Assembly: GCA_012295275.1 (NCBI GenBank)
Contig: CM022674.1
Span: forward strand, 12,834,001 to 12,898,000
From: Chrysomallon squamiferum
Lineage: Eukaryota; Animalia; Mollusca
DNA: 64,000 nt
Direction of reading: 5' to 3'
Shown here: positions 42,879-58,103 of the stretch, piece by piece
Layout of the letters: each line of letters begins with the position of its first letter
How positions within the stretch are numbered: the stretch's first letter is position 1
Notes under the pieces: generated by a model
The model's database searches: none
What the model was told of the DNA's origin: nothing
Seen by the model: only the letters and a program-made list of their open reading frames with translations
Made by a program: the position numbers and the translations under genes

Positions 42879-43702
42879 TGTATGTATGTATGTATGTATG
42901 TATAGTACATATGTATGTGTGTATATATATATATACAAATATATATATATTTATGTATGTGTGTATGTATTTATGTATGTCTGCGTCTGTGTATGTATGT
43001 ATGTATGTATGCATGTGTGTGTGTGTGTATGTATGTATGTAGGTTTGTATGTACGTTTGTATGTATGTGTATGTTTGTTTATATGTGGGAATGTTTTGTG
43101 TGGTATATGTGTGTGTATGTGTGTATCTGTGTGTGTATATGTGTGTCTACATGTGCACGTATACCTATATTTATTCAGTTATTAATCATCAACATCTCAT
43201 TTCACTGTTTTTTCAAAACTAGCACACTCCGATTCCGTCCTTCAAAAAAAAAAAATTTCAAACGAGTTACGGAATTAAATAAAAGAAAAAAAAGAGAAGG
43301 AAATCCAGATTGGTTTCTGCCATTTCTCATTTTGGTGGTTTTAAACAGCCCAGGTTTTTTCACGTCACACTGCGACACATGTACGTGATCTGTTTTCGTT
43401 TCACAGACACAATCTGAAATATGGACGATCTCAAGACATTGTTTAAACGGTTGCAGTTAAAAGAAAACGTGCGATTTAACGGAACAGGCAGAAAAAAAAA
43501 ATTAATCCGTTTTCGCCCTCTCTTTTTTTTTTACCTTTTCATTTAAATCTTTTTAATGCATTTCTGGTCTTTTCATTTTGAATTACGTCCAGGGTGACAA
43601 ATATTAATTCCCGTCAACCATTTCAGGGGCGGATGTAGATTTATTAAAACGGGGGTTAGGGTACTGGCAATCGTTAATATCTCAAATTTATCTTTGTTAA
43701 AA

Positions 43703-43777
43703 TACTATAACTACTACTACGACTACTATTACTACTACTACTACCACTACTACTACTGCTATTAGTACTACTACTAT

Positions 43778-43808
<31 letters not shown>

Positions 43809-43824
43809 GCCTGTGCTGCTGCTG

Positions 43825-43873
<49 letters not shown>

Positions 43874-44048
43874 TACTACTACTACTACTGCCTCTGTTGC
43901 TGCTACTACTACTACTACTACTGCCTTTACTACTACTACTACTGCTACTACTACTACTACTATTACTATTACTACTACTACTATTAACTGCAATTACTAC
44001 TACTATTACTGCTACTACTACTGCTACTACAACTACTATTACTACTGC

Positions 44049-44091
<43 letters not shown>
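43703..44091. repeat. (CTA)n/(AAT)n compound trinucleotide repeat
   Basis: ~390 bp of CTA/CTG/AAT triplets; source of the poly-L and poly-V pseudo-ORFs. Confidence 0.97.
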
Positions 44092-44817
44092 CAAAACACA
44101 GAAGAAAAAAAATGAAAGAACTCTGGTGAAGTGTTTTTGTGAACATGAATATATATATGTATGTATGTATGTGCGTGTGTGCGTGCGGGTTTGTGAGAAT
44201 TCATAGGTAAACATATGACTCCATAACTACACGTGGATGGATCGAAATAGACCCTCAGATTTCCAGCATTAAATTTGTGTATATTCCCTTAATTTATCTT
44301 TCTGTGTTATTATTATTATTATTATTATTATTAAATAAAAATTATTTTGTGAGTACATTTCATGTATATATATATATACTTACATCCTTTCACACAGTAC
44401 ACAAACACAGAGAATCAAATAAATTTTCACTTAAACTTCAAACTGATAAAAACAACAACAACAATCATAATAAACAAAAAATATAATAAGTATATCAGAA
44501 AATAAAATATACCTCAGAATTAAAAATAATTACCATCTATACTTTAAATAAACACAGTTTCTTCAAAACGTTAACAGAATGTACAGCGTATTCTAAAACG
44601 TTATTTTAGAAAACATTGTAGTGAAACCCGCACACTCAGTCTTTGTATGGCATTTATTGTATTTATGTCAGCATGTTAATCAAGGTCATATTACAACTTA
44701 AGGGTGTAGAATGTTATCTTGATTTTTTTTTTCTTCTCCATATTTGCTCGCTTATTCTCAGAGAATCAAAATGTTACCCCAGATTTCTGATTATTAATAT
44801 TATTGTTGTTGTTGTTG

Positions 44818-44891
<74 letters not shown>

Positions 44892-45811
44892 CAAACATAC
44901 ATACTTATAATATTTTGGACAGTCAAAGATAATGTAGGAGATCGTCAAATAATTTCAAAAACTTTCTTATTTGAGATCGTAATAGGTGCGCTGTCTACAG
45001 AAGAAAAAAAGAAAAAAAAACCCACGACCCTTGTGTTTTCAGTATTTCTTGATGATATGCTTATTACGACATTTTCTGCAGTTCTCTGAGTTCAAATCAC
45101 TGCATTACGCGGCCAACAGAGTCAAGTAGCTCTAAAAAGACGAAAATGTTCAACATTCAGAACTGTCTGCCATTTTCAGTCCTAATCACGCGATATGACG
45201 TAACAATAACGTGATACTTCGCAATTTTCATTTAAAAGAATATTGCAGTGTCTCAAATGTTTTCCTTTTTTTTACAGATTAATTTGTTTAATATTTTCGC
45301 TCTGATTATGATTGATCAGATTTATGTTAATTTTAAATTAATATTTTTAAGAATGTTTTGTCAGATATGCTTTCCTAAACTTTGCTGTTAAAACAAACAA
45401 GAAAAATGAAATATATAGGAAGGGAAATAACTCTTGACGACGTACTCAATTAAAATTGCAGAGGAAAAGGTACGGCATAATGCGACTTGAAAAATACAGT
45501 AATAATAATAGTAATAATAATAAGAAGAAGAAGAAGAAGAACAACAACAACAACCACAACAACAACAACAACAACAATAACAACCTCAAGAACAACAAGA
45601 ACAGCAAAGTGATAGCGACAACAAAAACAATAATAAAAAATATAGTAATAGTAATAATAAGATGAAGAACAACAACAACAATAACAATGATATCAACAAC
45701 AACAATAACAACAAAATTACTATTAATAAAATAATAATAATACGAAGAAGACGAAGACGAAGAACATCAGTAATAATAATAATAATAATAATAATATAAT
45801 AATAATAATAA

Positions 45812-45842
<31 letters not shown>

Positions 45843-47094
45843 AAGAAGAAAAAGAACAACAATGATAACAACAACAATAACAAAACTACTGTAATCCAGC
45901 TTTCCCCAGTTCCTCTCGTTGAAAATAAACATTTTTGCCTCGCGATAGAGATGACCATTGTGACCGATATCCAAAAGTACTTTTGAAAGCTGCAACATTT
46001 TATTTTATTTTATTTTTTTTTTTTCGCTTGGTTTAACATTTAATTGAGTCGAACGAAAATTGTTAATCTTTTATTTTAAAGTCAATCCCCAGAAACGAAA
46101 ATCGAAACTTCGAGAAATCTAATACGTCACGAAAATAAGACTATAGAATTTCTGCTAGTGAAATGACGCAGCAAAAGTGATTGAAACGTCTGTCTGTGTG
46201 TGGCAGTGGAGGGGGGGTGAGGTGGGTAGGTGGGTGGGTGAGTTTAATTTCTCTTGTTTTGCTGCCGTGTTAAAATACGCAGTAAATTTCTGTCACTGAA
46301 ATGGACTTTGTTTCTACTTGTTTTATTATCATTATCACCAAACACCATTGTTGTTGTTAATATTATTATTATTTTGGCTATTGTTGTTGTTGTTGTTGTT
46401 GTTCTTCTTCTTCTTATTATTATTAATCTTGCTATGGTTATTGTTACTGTTGTTATTATTACAGTTACTATTATTATGATTGTTGTTGTTGTTGTTGCTG
46501 CTGGTGCTGCTGTTATCGTTGTTGATGTTATAATAACAAAAACAGGACGTCATCTGTAGACACATTGACATCCCCTGCTTCCACATAAAATAAATAAATA
46601 AATAAATTAAAAATTAAATTATATAAATAAATAATAAAAAACAACAACAATAACAACAAACAAAAATCCTTTTTAAACATTTTCTGACAACGTTCTATAA
46701 TACTATTATTTTTCTTTTTTTTTACAAACCCTGTTTATTTTGATCTTAACAAAATGTAACATTAGCTAACAAATGCTGTTTCCCTTTCTAACCTTTTCTT
46801 CAAATGAGAGCTCTGGACGAAATTAAAATTACCTGAACTCTAATGTAATTATAAAAAAACATCATTCAGACTCATTAAACTGAGGGTGATTGCATCATCT
46901 TGAACCTCGTCACAGCTGAGATGATAATTATATTTTTCGTGATTATCAGATTGATCATAATCATCATTATAATAATTATAGTCATTACAGTAAGAATAAT
47001 TATTTGAGTGAAAGAAATCTTAATCATTGTTAATGTTAAAAATCTCATCATACAGGTAATTTTCGTGATTAAGCGACTCATCGTTAGGAAATCA

Positions 47095-47415
47095 TTATAA
47101 TCATCATCAATACAGCTTCATCATCAACATAGTCACCATCAATACAGTCTCATCATCAATAGAATCTCATAATCATCATCATGAATATAGCCTCATCATC
47201 ATCATCATCAATCATCAATATAATCTCAACACATAATCATAGCCTCATCTCAACATCTCGACAGTCTCATCATCCATAATCATCATCAATACAGTCTCAT
47301 CATCAACATAATCATCATCAAGTCATCATCAATACAGTCTCATCATCAACATAGTCATCATCAATATAATATCATCATCATTATAATCATTAGCACTGTC
47401 ATCATCATTACCATC
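47095..47415. repeat. (CAT)n-derived minisatellite (CATCATCAATACAGTCTCATCATCAACATA)
   Basis: Multiple near-identical units visible. Confidence 0.85.
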
Positions 47416-47613
47416 ACGTTTATATCATTACAAACCTAATTATCTTCTTTACTACTAATATAATTTTTTTAAAGGTAATAATAATAAATTATATATTACA
47501 CGTCATTACAATCATTAGTATCATCATCATTATTCCATTGTCTTCTTTACCATAAAGTTTATCATAATAAATTTTAAAATAAAAAATTATGAATAATAAT
47601 AATAATAATAATA

Positions 47614-47661
<48 letters not shown>

Positions 47662-47761
47662 GTAATAATAATAATAAATAAATAAATAAATAAAAAAAAT
47701 AAATAAAAATAAAATAAAATAAATAAATAATAATAATAAAATAATAATAAACAAAATACAA

Positions 47762-47809
<48 letters not shown>

Positions 47810-48121
47810 AAATAAATAAAATATAATTTGACGTTTTCACCGGGACAGTCTCGCGTACAGACAAACTTGTTCGTGTCTGATGTCAGCCACATTCTTATCA
47901 GCCACTCGGTCACGTTGTGGCCGTTGCTGATGACGAGACGAGGTCACGTGACGCGACACAACGACGGCCCGCTGTTTGTTTTTCGTGTCTCGGTTCCCGT
48001 TCTTGTTACTTTTGTAAAAAAAACCTTCCTACTGTGCTCTTTTAAAACCTTTTTAAATTTTTTTTTTTTTTAATTTTTTTTTTTTAACTAACTTTCCAAA
48101 AAAAAAAAAATGTTGTTGTTG

Positions 48122-48161
<40 letters not shown>

Positions 48162-48165
48162 GATG

Positions 48166-48207
<42 letters not shown>

Positions 48208-49085
48208 GCTGTTGTTTCTGTTGTTGTCATTTTTACTTACTTATTCTTACATATGATTCCTTTTTTATATTTCTTTATTTCATTTCATTTCATTTTCTTT
48301 ATTTTCTTTATTTTCTTTTATTTTATTTTATTTTATTTATTTTTTATTTTTTATTTTACGAAATTTCATAATATTTAAATTTGCCTCTCCTAAAATTCAA
48401 CATAAAAAAAAATAGCACCCACATTATTTTATTATCAACATGTATAAATAAATAAATAATTAAATAAACAAATAATTAAATAAACAAACGAACAAACAAA
48501 CAAACAAACAAACAAACAAACAAACAAACAAACAAATAAATATATAAATCATAAAATATTTTATTCAAAGCAGTGTGTTTTAAGCTCTGTAAGTTTATGT
48601 GCACCATCCCAGGAAGGGGTCAAATAACAGGGTGTGTCTGAGCCGTATTAAACCTCAGATGTATCAGTTTAACTCGTTTTTCTGACGTCAGGTCAATAAA
48701 CACGTGGACAGTAACCCAATAACAACAGCGGCGACTACAACAGCAAAAAGGAAGAGGAAGAACAATAACAAAGCGATGGGATTAACAATAAAAATAGAAT
48801 ATAAAAAAGAGTAATAACAATGGTGAAGATGATGACGATAACAATAATAACACTAAAAATACGAACAATAATAGTAAAATAATGATAATAATAACAAGAA
48901 CAATAACAACGTCAATACGAATAATAACAACAATAAAAAACAGCACAACAACAACAACATTAATAATAACAATAATAACAATAATAATAGTAATAATAAT
49001 AATAACAACAACAACAACAACAACAACAACAGCCACAACAACACCAGTATCAATTTCAATAACAAAAGTAATAATGATGACATTA

Positions 49086-49202
<117 letters not shown>

Positions 49203-50486
49203 AGACAAGAAATCACAGAAAAAAGATTATATATCAGAACGTATTATTTCAGTCTTTCCATTCATTCATTTATTTCATTCTGTCATTCATTTTTCAACCT
49301 CATTTTGACCTTTATCTTTTCACTTCCTCATTTTCATAAAGAAAACAAAAGAAGAAAGTTTAGAGTACATTTTTCTTATCTTTTCCGATTTAAGAAAATA
49401 ATTCTAAGACTTTCTTTTTAATCTGGACAAGTGCGGAATATACTAAATACTTCTTCATCCACTTCTCACTCACCTGTTCAGGTTTTGCTCCGATTTACCT
49501 ACCGAACAGGTGACAAATATAAGTACAAAAGGATTTACGATTTCATAAAGACTACGAATAAAAGGATTTTAAATAAAAAGATGAGCTAGCGCATTTTGGC
49601 CTGTACCACGTTCTCTAGAAAGATTTCTGGCTTTCTCACCTATATAACACATCGTCGTCATTGTTTCTGGGACAATGTTGCATTAACTTTCTCTTAGTTA
49701 CCTGTCGCCCTTTGAAGTCGCCGACCAGGTAAGAAGTAATAGATATTTAAATTTTTACACGTGTGAAAGTGTTGAGAGAGCTGCTTCAACATCTTGTGTG
49801 TGAGTTAAATTTTGTTTCACAAAATAATATATTTTCTTATGATATATACATCTATATATATGTAAGTATGTGTGTGTATATATATATATATAAAACATAA
49901 ATAGTTTCACTTTAAATATGGGTTTAGAAATGACAGTTAATTTCATTAATTTAGAAATTTAACTATTTATTTATTTATTTGTTTCTTTGTTGTTTATTTA
50001 AATTTTTATTATATTTTTACTTACTAACTTATTTATTGTTGAGTGACTGACTAATATTTAGACAAGTGATATTTAAAATGAATACTTATTAAAAAAACAA
50101 AAGAAATGTTCTATTCTCTAATTTCCTGTCATATATTCAGTTGTAAATATAGATATTATATATATATATATAAACAAATAATTTATATGGACTAGTGGAT
50201 GGACTATAATCATATTTATTTCAATAATAATTTTAATATTAGTTTCAAATTTTTCGCAATATTATAAATATCTACATAAATATAACTATAGTTCTACTGG
50301 GGGAGGGAGGAGAAATGACCCCCCAGTATCTATTTGTGTTTAATTTATTAACTCAAAAACCGCGGTACCTGTTTAATTATAAACCTTAACCCACCCGTAA
50401 AATATTCCACTGGTTTGTAGAACCGCCCTACAACCTTAAAGAAAACTAAAACCAGTTTTTGATTTGAAAGTGTCATGCACGATGGT

Positions 50487-50521
<35 letters not shown>

Positions 50522-50531
50522 CAACATCTAC

Positions 50532-50576
50532 ATTGGTCGCGCGCCGCTCGCTCTCTCCCCGCCCCCGCCCCCCCCG
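50532..50576. promoter_or_regulatory. CCAAT box plus tandem GC boxes (promoter-like)
   Basis: ATTGG at 50532-50536, a CG-rich stretch, then CCCCGCCCCCGCCCC at 50557-50575. This is the only such GC-box pair I saw in the window. Confidence 0.35.
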
Positions 50577-51054
50577 GCTGTATCAAACGAAACATCTATG
50601 TATGTATCGATGTTAATAACAGTAATCTTTCCCACAATTCACTGCTCGTTTTGTTTGGGAACAACTGTAGTCAGTTCACCGACCCGTGAAATAAGTCGCG
50701 TTCGTTCGGAAATGAAATAACCCTGCTCGAGCAAACCGGCCGTGAAATGATGCGTTTCACGGTTCAGTGACTTTCAGTAATTCACGCTTTCGTGGGTCTT
50801 TGGACAGAGGTGTGGTTGGGTGGTCACGGTTGGTAGGAATTTGCTTAATTTGACGGACGCTGAGTCGACAGAATTCAGAGTTCATGTGTGTGTGTGTGTG
50901 TGTGCGTGCTTGTGTGTGTTTGTTGTGTATTATGTGTGAATGTGTGTATGTATGTGTAAATGTGTGTATATATGTGTGAACGCATTTCATGTGTAACAGG
51001 TAAAAACAGAGAGAAATAGATATGTAGGCAGATTGACAGATATATAAATAAATG

Positions 51055-51642
<588 letters not shown>

Positions 51643-52061
51643 CAAACTATCTGCGAGAGATAAACAGTAAATTAAAATGCATGGACACTCTGTTTCTTTC
51701 TTTCTTTCGTTCGTATCTTTTTTTTTTTTTTTTTTTTTTTCCGCTTGTGTGGTGAACACGAAGGGTGGTATACATGACATTCCAAAGCTGTAAGCTGGTA
51801 ATAAGTCTTCAACTGGTTAACCAAGGGAAGGAAAAAAAAACCCAAATAGGTCCAGGTGGACACAAGTCATAGGTCAAGCTTGATTAACGACCCGTTTGCA
51901 ATTCAGGACAACCAATCTTGTGATCGTCTATCCCGTATCTGTATCAATATGTATTTGTAACGAAATAAACCCGATAGGTGAAATAAAATACACAGTCTCA
52001 AACAGTTAAAATACGTGAAAAATACTGAATCTCTTAAAATATTTAGTTTCCATTTAAAATT

Positions 52062-52110
<49 letters not shown>

Positions 52111-52276
52111 CAGTTAGTTATTGAGCTTTATTATCAGTTTTATTACTGATTTAGTTATAATTCTTTCCTACCTATCTATCTGTCTTTCTATCTCTGTATC
52201 TATCTATCTATCTAGATATCTATCTATCTGTCTGTCTGTCTGTCTGTATGTCTGTCTGTCTGTATCTGTCTATCTG

Positions 52277-52352
<76 letters not shown>

Positions 52353-53106
52353 CCTACCTATCTACCTATCTCTATGATGGTATATCTGTCTGTCTGTCTG
52401 TATGCATGTCTGTCTTTCTATCTATCTATCTAACTGTATGTCTGTCTGTTTTGGTGTGTTTCTCTATGTGTCGGTCCATCTGTTTATCTAACTCTGTCTC
52501 TGTTCTATTAATTTCTATTCTATCTCTTTTTTATCTTTTTAATTTTTTTTTCTATTTCTCTCTTATCTAGTTTTCGATGACTTTATTATCAATAGCAGTG
52601 TTCAGACGCAGATTTTATCGTCTGGTCTGAACGTGCCGTCTGGCAAAAACAAGGAGCGCGCGAACATTCCAGTAACTTTTGTCAAATAACGCTGGAAACG
52701 CCTGCCGCAAAATTATTTGTCAGACTTGTTCAGAATGTAGGCAGTTTCTATGTAGTGACGTCATAACTATATTTGGACGTCACGAAGACTGTTTTAGAAA
52801 CGCGTATATTCGGGTGTCAATGAATTGGAATAAATTTGTAAGGCGAATCGGAAAATAAATCGAAATGACTATAAATATATCGATGATAAATTATTATTAT
52901 CGATGATTAAGTGTTAATGAATAATAAAATCTCGGATTGCCGATCAGTTTGTCAGTATTGTTTAGTTGTTTTAATTTAATTTAATTTAATTATATTTATT
53001 TATTTAATTTTATTTAATTTTATTTAATTTTATTTAATTTTATTTATTTTATTTTATTTATTTAATTTTATTTATTTATTTATTTATTTTATTATTGTTG
53101 TTGTTG

Positions 53107-53143
<37 letters not shown>

Positions 53144-53164
53144 TACTACTACTACTACTACTAC

Positions 53165-53200
<36 letters not shown>

Positions 53201-55058
53201 ATTTATTGCCATTATAGAAATAACTATCTATCCCGCTCATTATCAAAAAACCAATATTTAAACACTGGAACGTTTCAGTCTACTAATCCCATGTACAAGT
53301 TGAAATTAACCTTCTTTTTGACGTGTACAGGCAATTTTAACCTCGGAGACGCCAGCAAAACAATTAAATCTAGCCACTTACCTGAAACAACAAGAGGTAG
53401 GTAGGTAATGTCGGTGGTTCGGGGGTAAAAAAAAAAAAAAAAAAAAAAAATTAACGATCATGAGATTAGGGTTGAGGTGCAAATATTTAAACTGAAAGTG
53501 AAGGGGTCTTGATAAGGTAAACTACGGCAGGTTTGTATCTGCGGGTGAAAAGTGCGGTAAAAAGTAAAATTTGTCTGTCGAGATGAGTTAGACTGATATA
53601 AAACTGTGAATCGTGAACGTTAACAGATAGACAGACAGACAGACAGATAGACAGACAGACAGACAGATAGGCAGATAGATAGATAGGTAGATAGACAGAC
53701 AGACAGACATACAGACAGATAGACAGATAGATAGACAGACAGATAGATATGGATAGATAGACAGATAGACAGATAGATAGAGAGATAAACAGACAGATAG
53801 ATATATGGATAGATGGATAGACATCACAAACACAGACAGACAGACGGAGAGATAGATAGATAGATAGATAAATATAGAAACAGACAGACAGACAGACAGA
53901 CAGTTAGATAGATAAATAGATGGACAGACTGATATACGGATAGAAAATAGATCGATAGATAGATAAACAGACAGTTAGACCGACAGAGAGACAAAGAGAC
54001 AGATAGAGAGATAGATTATACAGAAAGACAGAGAAATAGACAGACAGGTTTGTAAATAGATATTTAGACAAACACATGAGTACATATATAGATAGATAGA
54101 TAGATAGATACATACATACATACATACATCCATACATACGTAAGTACGTACATCATACACAAAGACAGACGTTATACTGACAAGCCAAAAAATAACCCGA
54201 AAAAAAAAAAATGGTTGACAGACAAACAAATGAACAGACAGATAATAGCCATATTAAAATTTTATGTATATTTACAGATGGTTTTTTTTTTTTTTTTTTG
54301 TGTGTGTTAAATGTGAATAGTGATTAACACCGAGAAATACTCAAACCCACAAACAGCAGTTTGTTTAAATGTAACAACCACAGTCACAGTTAACGGGGCG
54401 GAACGGGCAAATCATTTACGTCCACTTAAATAAAATTAGACTTTCAGAATGTCAAGAATGTGTTTCGTTTCGCTTGTGTGAGACAACACACAGGAGAGGT
54501 CCAATATCGAACCACGGTGTGTCTTTCACTTCATTTTTCTTTTTTTGCGTTTTTTTTTTTCTTTTTTTTTTTTTTTTAAGTAGGCGTTACTCGTCACATC
54601 TGTTAAATTAAATGGTAATAATTCGAATCATACACAACCTTTATTTGTCAATAATTAATTATATACACTCTCAGGCGAGTATAAAACATTTACAAGAGCG
54701 ATATCGCGAAAATGGATGATTTTAAAGCGGGTTTGGTTAAACATGTGGTCGTGTAATGCATTCTAATTATGAATGAAATAGTGTCCGCCATTTTGGGTCT
54801 CACTCCACAGTAAACAAATCTGTGACAAGTGTCCTACATTACAAATGTTTTACTGTGTTACTTTATCGCTGGTTTCGTGTTACCTTCGGTAAACAAATAT
54901 GTTTTGTTCATACTTGCCTGCTCTTCAGCTTTTGCCCTTATGTCTGTCTTTCTGTCAACTTGTCAGTGTTAACAATAAGACAAGCTTTAAATAAATATAT
55001 ATATATATATATACACATACACACACATACATACATACATATTTACATACATACTTAC

Positions 55059-55102
<44 letters not shown>

Positions 55103-55251
55103 AACGTGTGTGTTTTCGGTAGTTAAATGTATAATTACAGGTAAATAAATAAATAAATAAATAAAAACAAATAAGTACATTATATACATAGATATGAATG
55201 CACGCACACGTACATACTTTTTTTTGTGTGTGTATGTGCGTGAGTGTTTAC

Positions 55252-55263
55252 TGCGCATGCGCA
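55252..55263. promoter_or_regulatory. Perfect NRF1-type palindrome TGCGCATGCGCA
   Basis: Exact 12-bp palindromic match to the NRF1/EWG consensus. Confidence 0.35.
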
Positions 55264-55651
55264 CAGCCATCTAGGTGCAATTAACCGAAATAATTTTCTG
55301 TTGTATCTGTGAGTAGTGGTTCTACAGAACAGGTTAAAGGAAAATTAATAAATTAAACTCTGACAATATTTGTTTTTCCTTGACCTTTTCTCTCAATTCA
55401 GTTTCTACCTTCTTAATCGAAAGAGTTTCTAGCTTATCTCCCTTGTTTGAAAAAACATACAGAGTAAATAAAACAGATCCTAGGAAATAACTCTTTTGTC
55501 GCATTCTTTGTTATCGTTTAAATCTAGACTTTTCTTCCTATAGGCGAATACACACGCACCGATTTTTATCGTTCATCAGAATGTTGGCGATAATGAAACT
55601 GAAAGAGCAAATTTGATTATATTGTTACTATTATTGTTATTCTGGTTATTG

Positions 55652-55707
<56 letters not shown>

Positions 55708-57215
55708 CATCATTATTATTATTATTATATTGTTGTTTTTGTTGTTGTTATTATTATTATTTAATTAAGAAAAGTGAAAGTGAATATGCAGGTTGATAAA
55801 AATGAAAACAGGAATTGGGGATTTCCGATACCAAAAGTGAAAATAGAAAGGAAAACAACAGACGTATAAAATAATATCTGAATGTGATTAATGAATTATG
55901 AATTAATTAAATTTGTAACAAACGCAAAAATATTATTTCTCTTTTATGATATGATACAAAATATAAGTACGTAAGTAAATAAATAAGTAAATAAGTAAAC
56001 AAATAAATAAAAAAATATATATATTATGTTATCTACGTTTTTTATAAATATATATATATGTGTATATATGTTTCTCTGGTATATATTTGTTTATGCATGT
56101 ATTTGTATTTTTTTTTTTTTATATAAGTTTTTTTATTTTTTATTATTTCACAATGATATCGCGCTCGATATCAAATTACGTTTAATATTAATATGTTTTT
56201 TTTTTTTAAATTCATTCATTTCATCGTCTGCATCAGCCTTTTAGAACAGTCTACCTCCCGCGGCCACACCGTCCCGTTCACTACCTCGCCTCTTTTCCTT
56301 CAGACCCTGGAAAAAAAAAAAAAAAAAAAAAAAAAAAGAATTGTTGCAATAGCGTGCGATCGTCAGAGCGTGAAATGTGGCTTGGAAGAGGGAGCGAGGA
56401 CGACAACACACACACACATCAACACGAACATCGCGAAACCGACGGTTTAGCGGAACAACACCTGTTGCAGAACGGTGCCTAATTCCGTTTGCAAATTGCG
56501 CGAGACTTGCGCAACTGCTCGGTTGACACACCTGTGCACGTGCGACGCGCTTGCCCATCACTGCTGAGTGAGTTATTCCCAGGTGCGTGCAGAACAATGT
56601 CACATGTGTCAGAAAGTAACGTGACGCGAGCCTATGCGGAGTAATTTACTGAGCTTCAGTCGGAGGGAGGGGACGAGTTCAGGGTGGCAGTCCTCCTATA
56701 TCTGTTACTCTTACTCGCATTGCGGACTGCAGATCTCCAGTATCTTTACCACAGACCAGTCGACGTGCGTGGACACCTGAACCAGATATTGTATATCTTC
56801 CTCTGTTTTCCTTAACAGGTGCACGGAGCAAGGATCAAACCATTTCAACTTCAGCTTCAGCCTATCCAAACGTTGAAGAGAAAACTGTTGGCAGAAATCT
56901 TAAAAACAATGAAAACTTTATCAGTGAAAATCAGTGCGGAGAAAAAAAAAAAAAAAAAAAAAAAAAGACAGAAAGAAAACCAGTCATAAATAAAAGCACA
57001 ACAAGATCAGCTTTACAAATGTCTAAATAAGAAGTGAACAGTCCGACAACAACGATGATGATGATAAATTAACATCAGCATCAATAACAACATGAGGACG
57101 ATGAACGCAGCCAAGCAGAAAATATGTAAGTAAAATTTTAGTTTATTTTGTTTTTGTAAAAGTAAATAAACTTGCATTTCTTTTTTTATGTGATACTTTG
57201 TGAAATTGTTTACAA

Positions 57216-57328
<113 letters not shown>

Positions 57329-57495
57329 CACATTTTAATATTACCGTCTTCTGAAAAGTATAAGAAAAACGAAAATAATTGAAAAACATAGCTAACTAAA
57401 TAAATAAGTGAATAAGTAAGTAAATAAATAAATAATAAATCAAACAGAAAATTTGTATATATGTATGTATATATATATAGATGTTTGTGTGTGAG

Positions 57496-57533
<38 letters not shown>

Positions 57534-57652
57534 GATATGTGTATGTATGTATATATATATATATACATACTTATGTGTATGTGTGTGTCTATACATATAC
57601 ACACACACATACATACATACATACATACATACAGACACACATACATCCATAC

Positions 57653-57691
<39 letters not shown>

Positions 57692-58026
57692 TAAATAAAT
57701 AAACAAATAAAGACGTTTAAGTAAATCTTTAAATAAACACGTCAGCGAACTTTCAGATTGACATCTTTTTCATTTACACGTTGTACAATCTCGGTGAATT
57801 AAGACTACGTCGTCAAGCAGCGGCTACGACCGCGTGGCTAATTGTCACGCCGTAGGGCACGTATCAAGGTGGGTTTGTGCTGTAGTATACGGTAAAGTGA
57901 ATTAAGTAATTTATTTACCTGTCACAGTAAACATTGTCAAACTGGCATGAGATATGACCGAGAGTCCACTTCGTGAAATAAGTGAGGGAGAGAGAAATAT
58001 ATGGTTATTTTTGTTTATGTGTAATT

Positions 58027-58103
<77 letters not shown>

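Noticed and set aside
43651-43662. TTAGGG telomere-like hexamers (also ~53465)
   Set aside because: Single copies, expected by chance.
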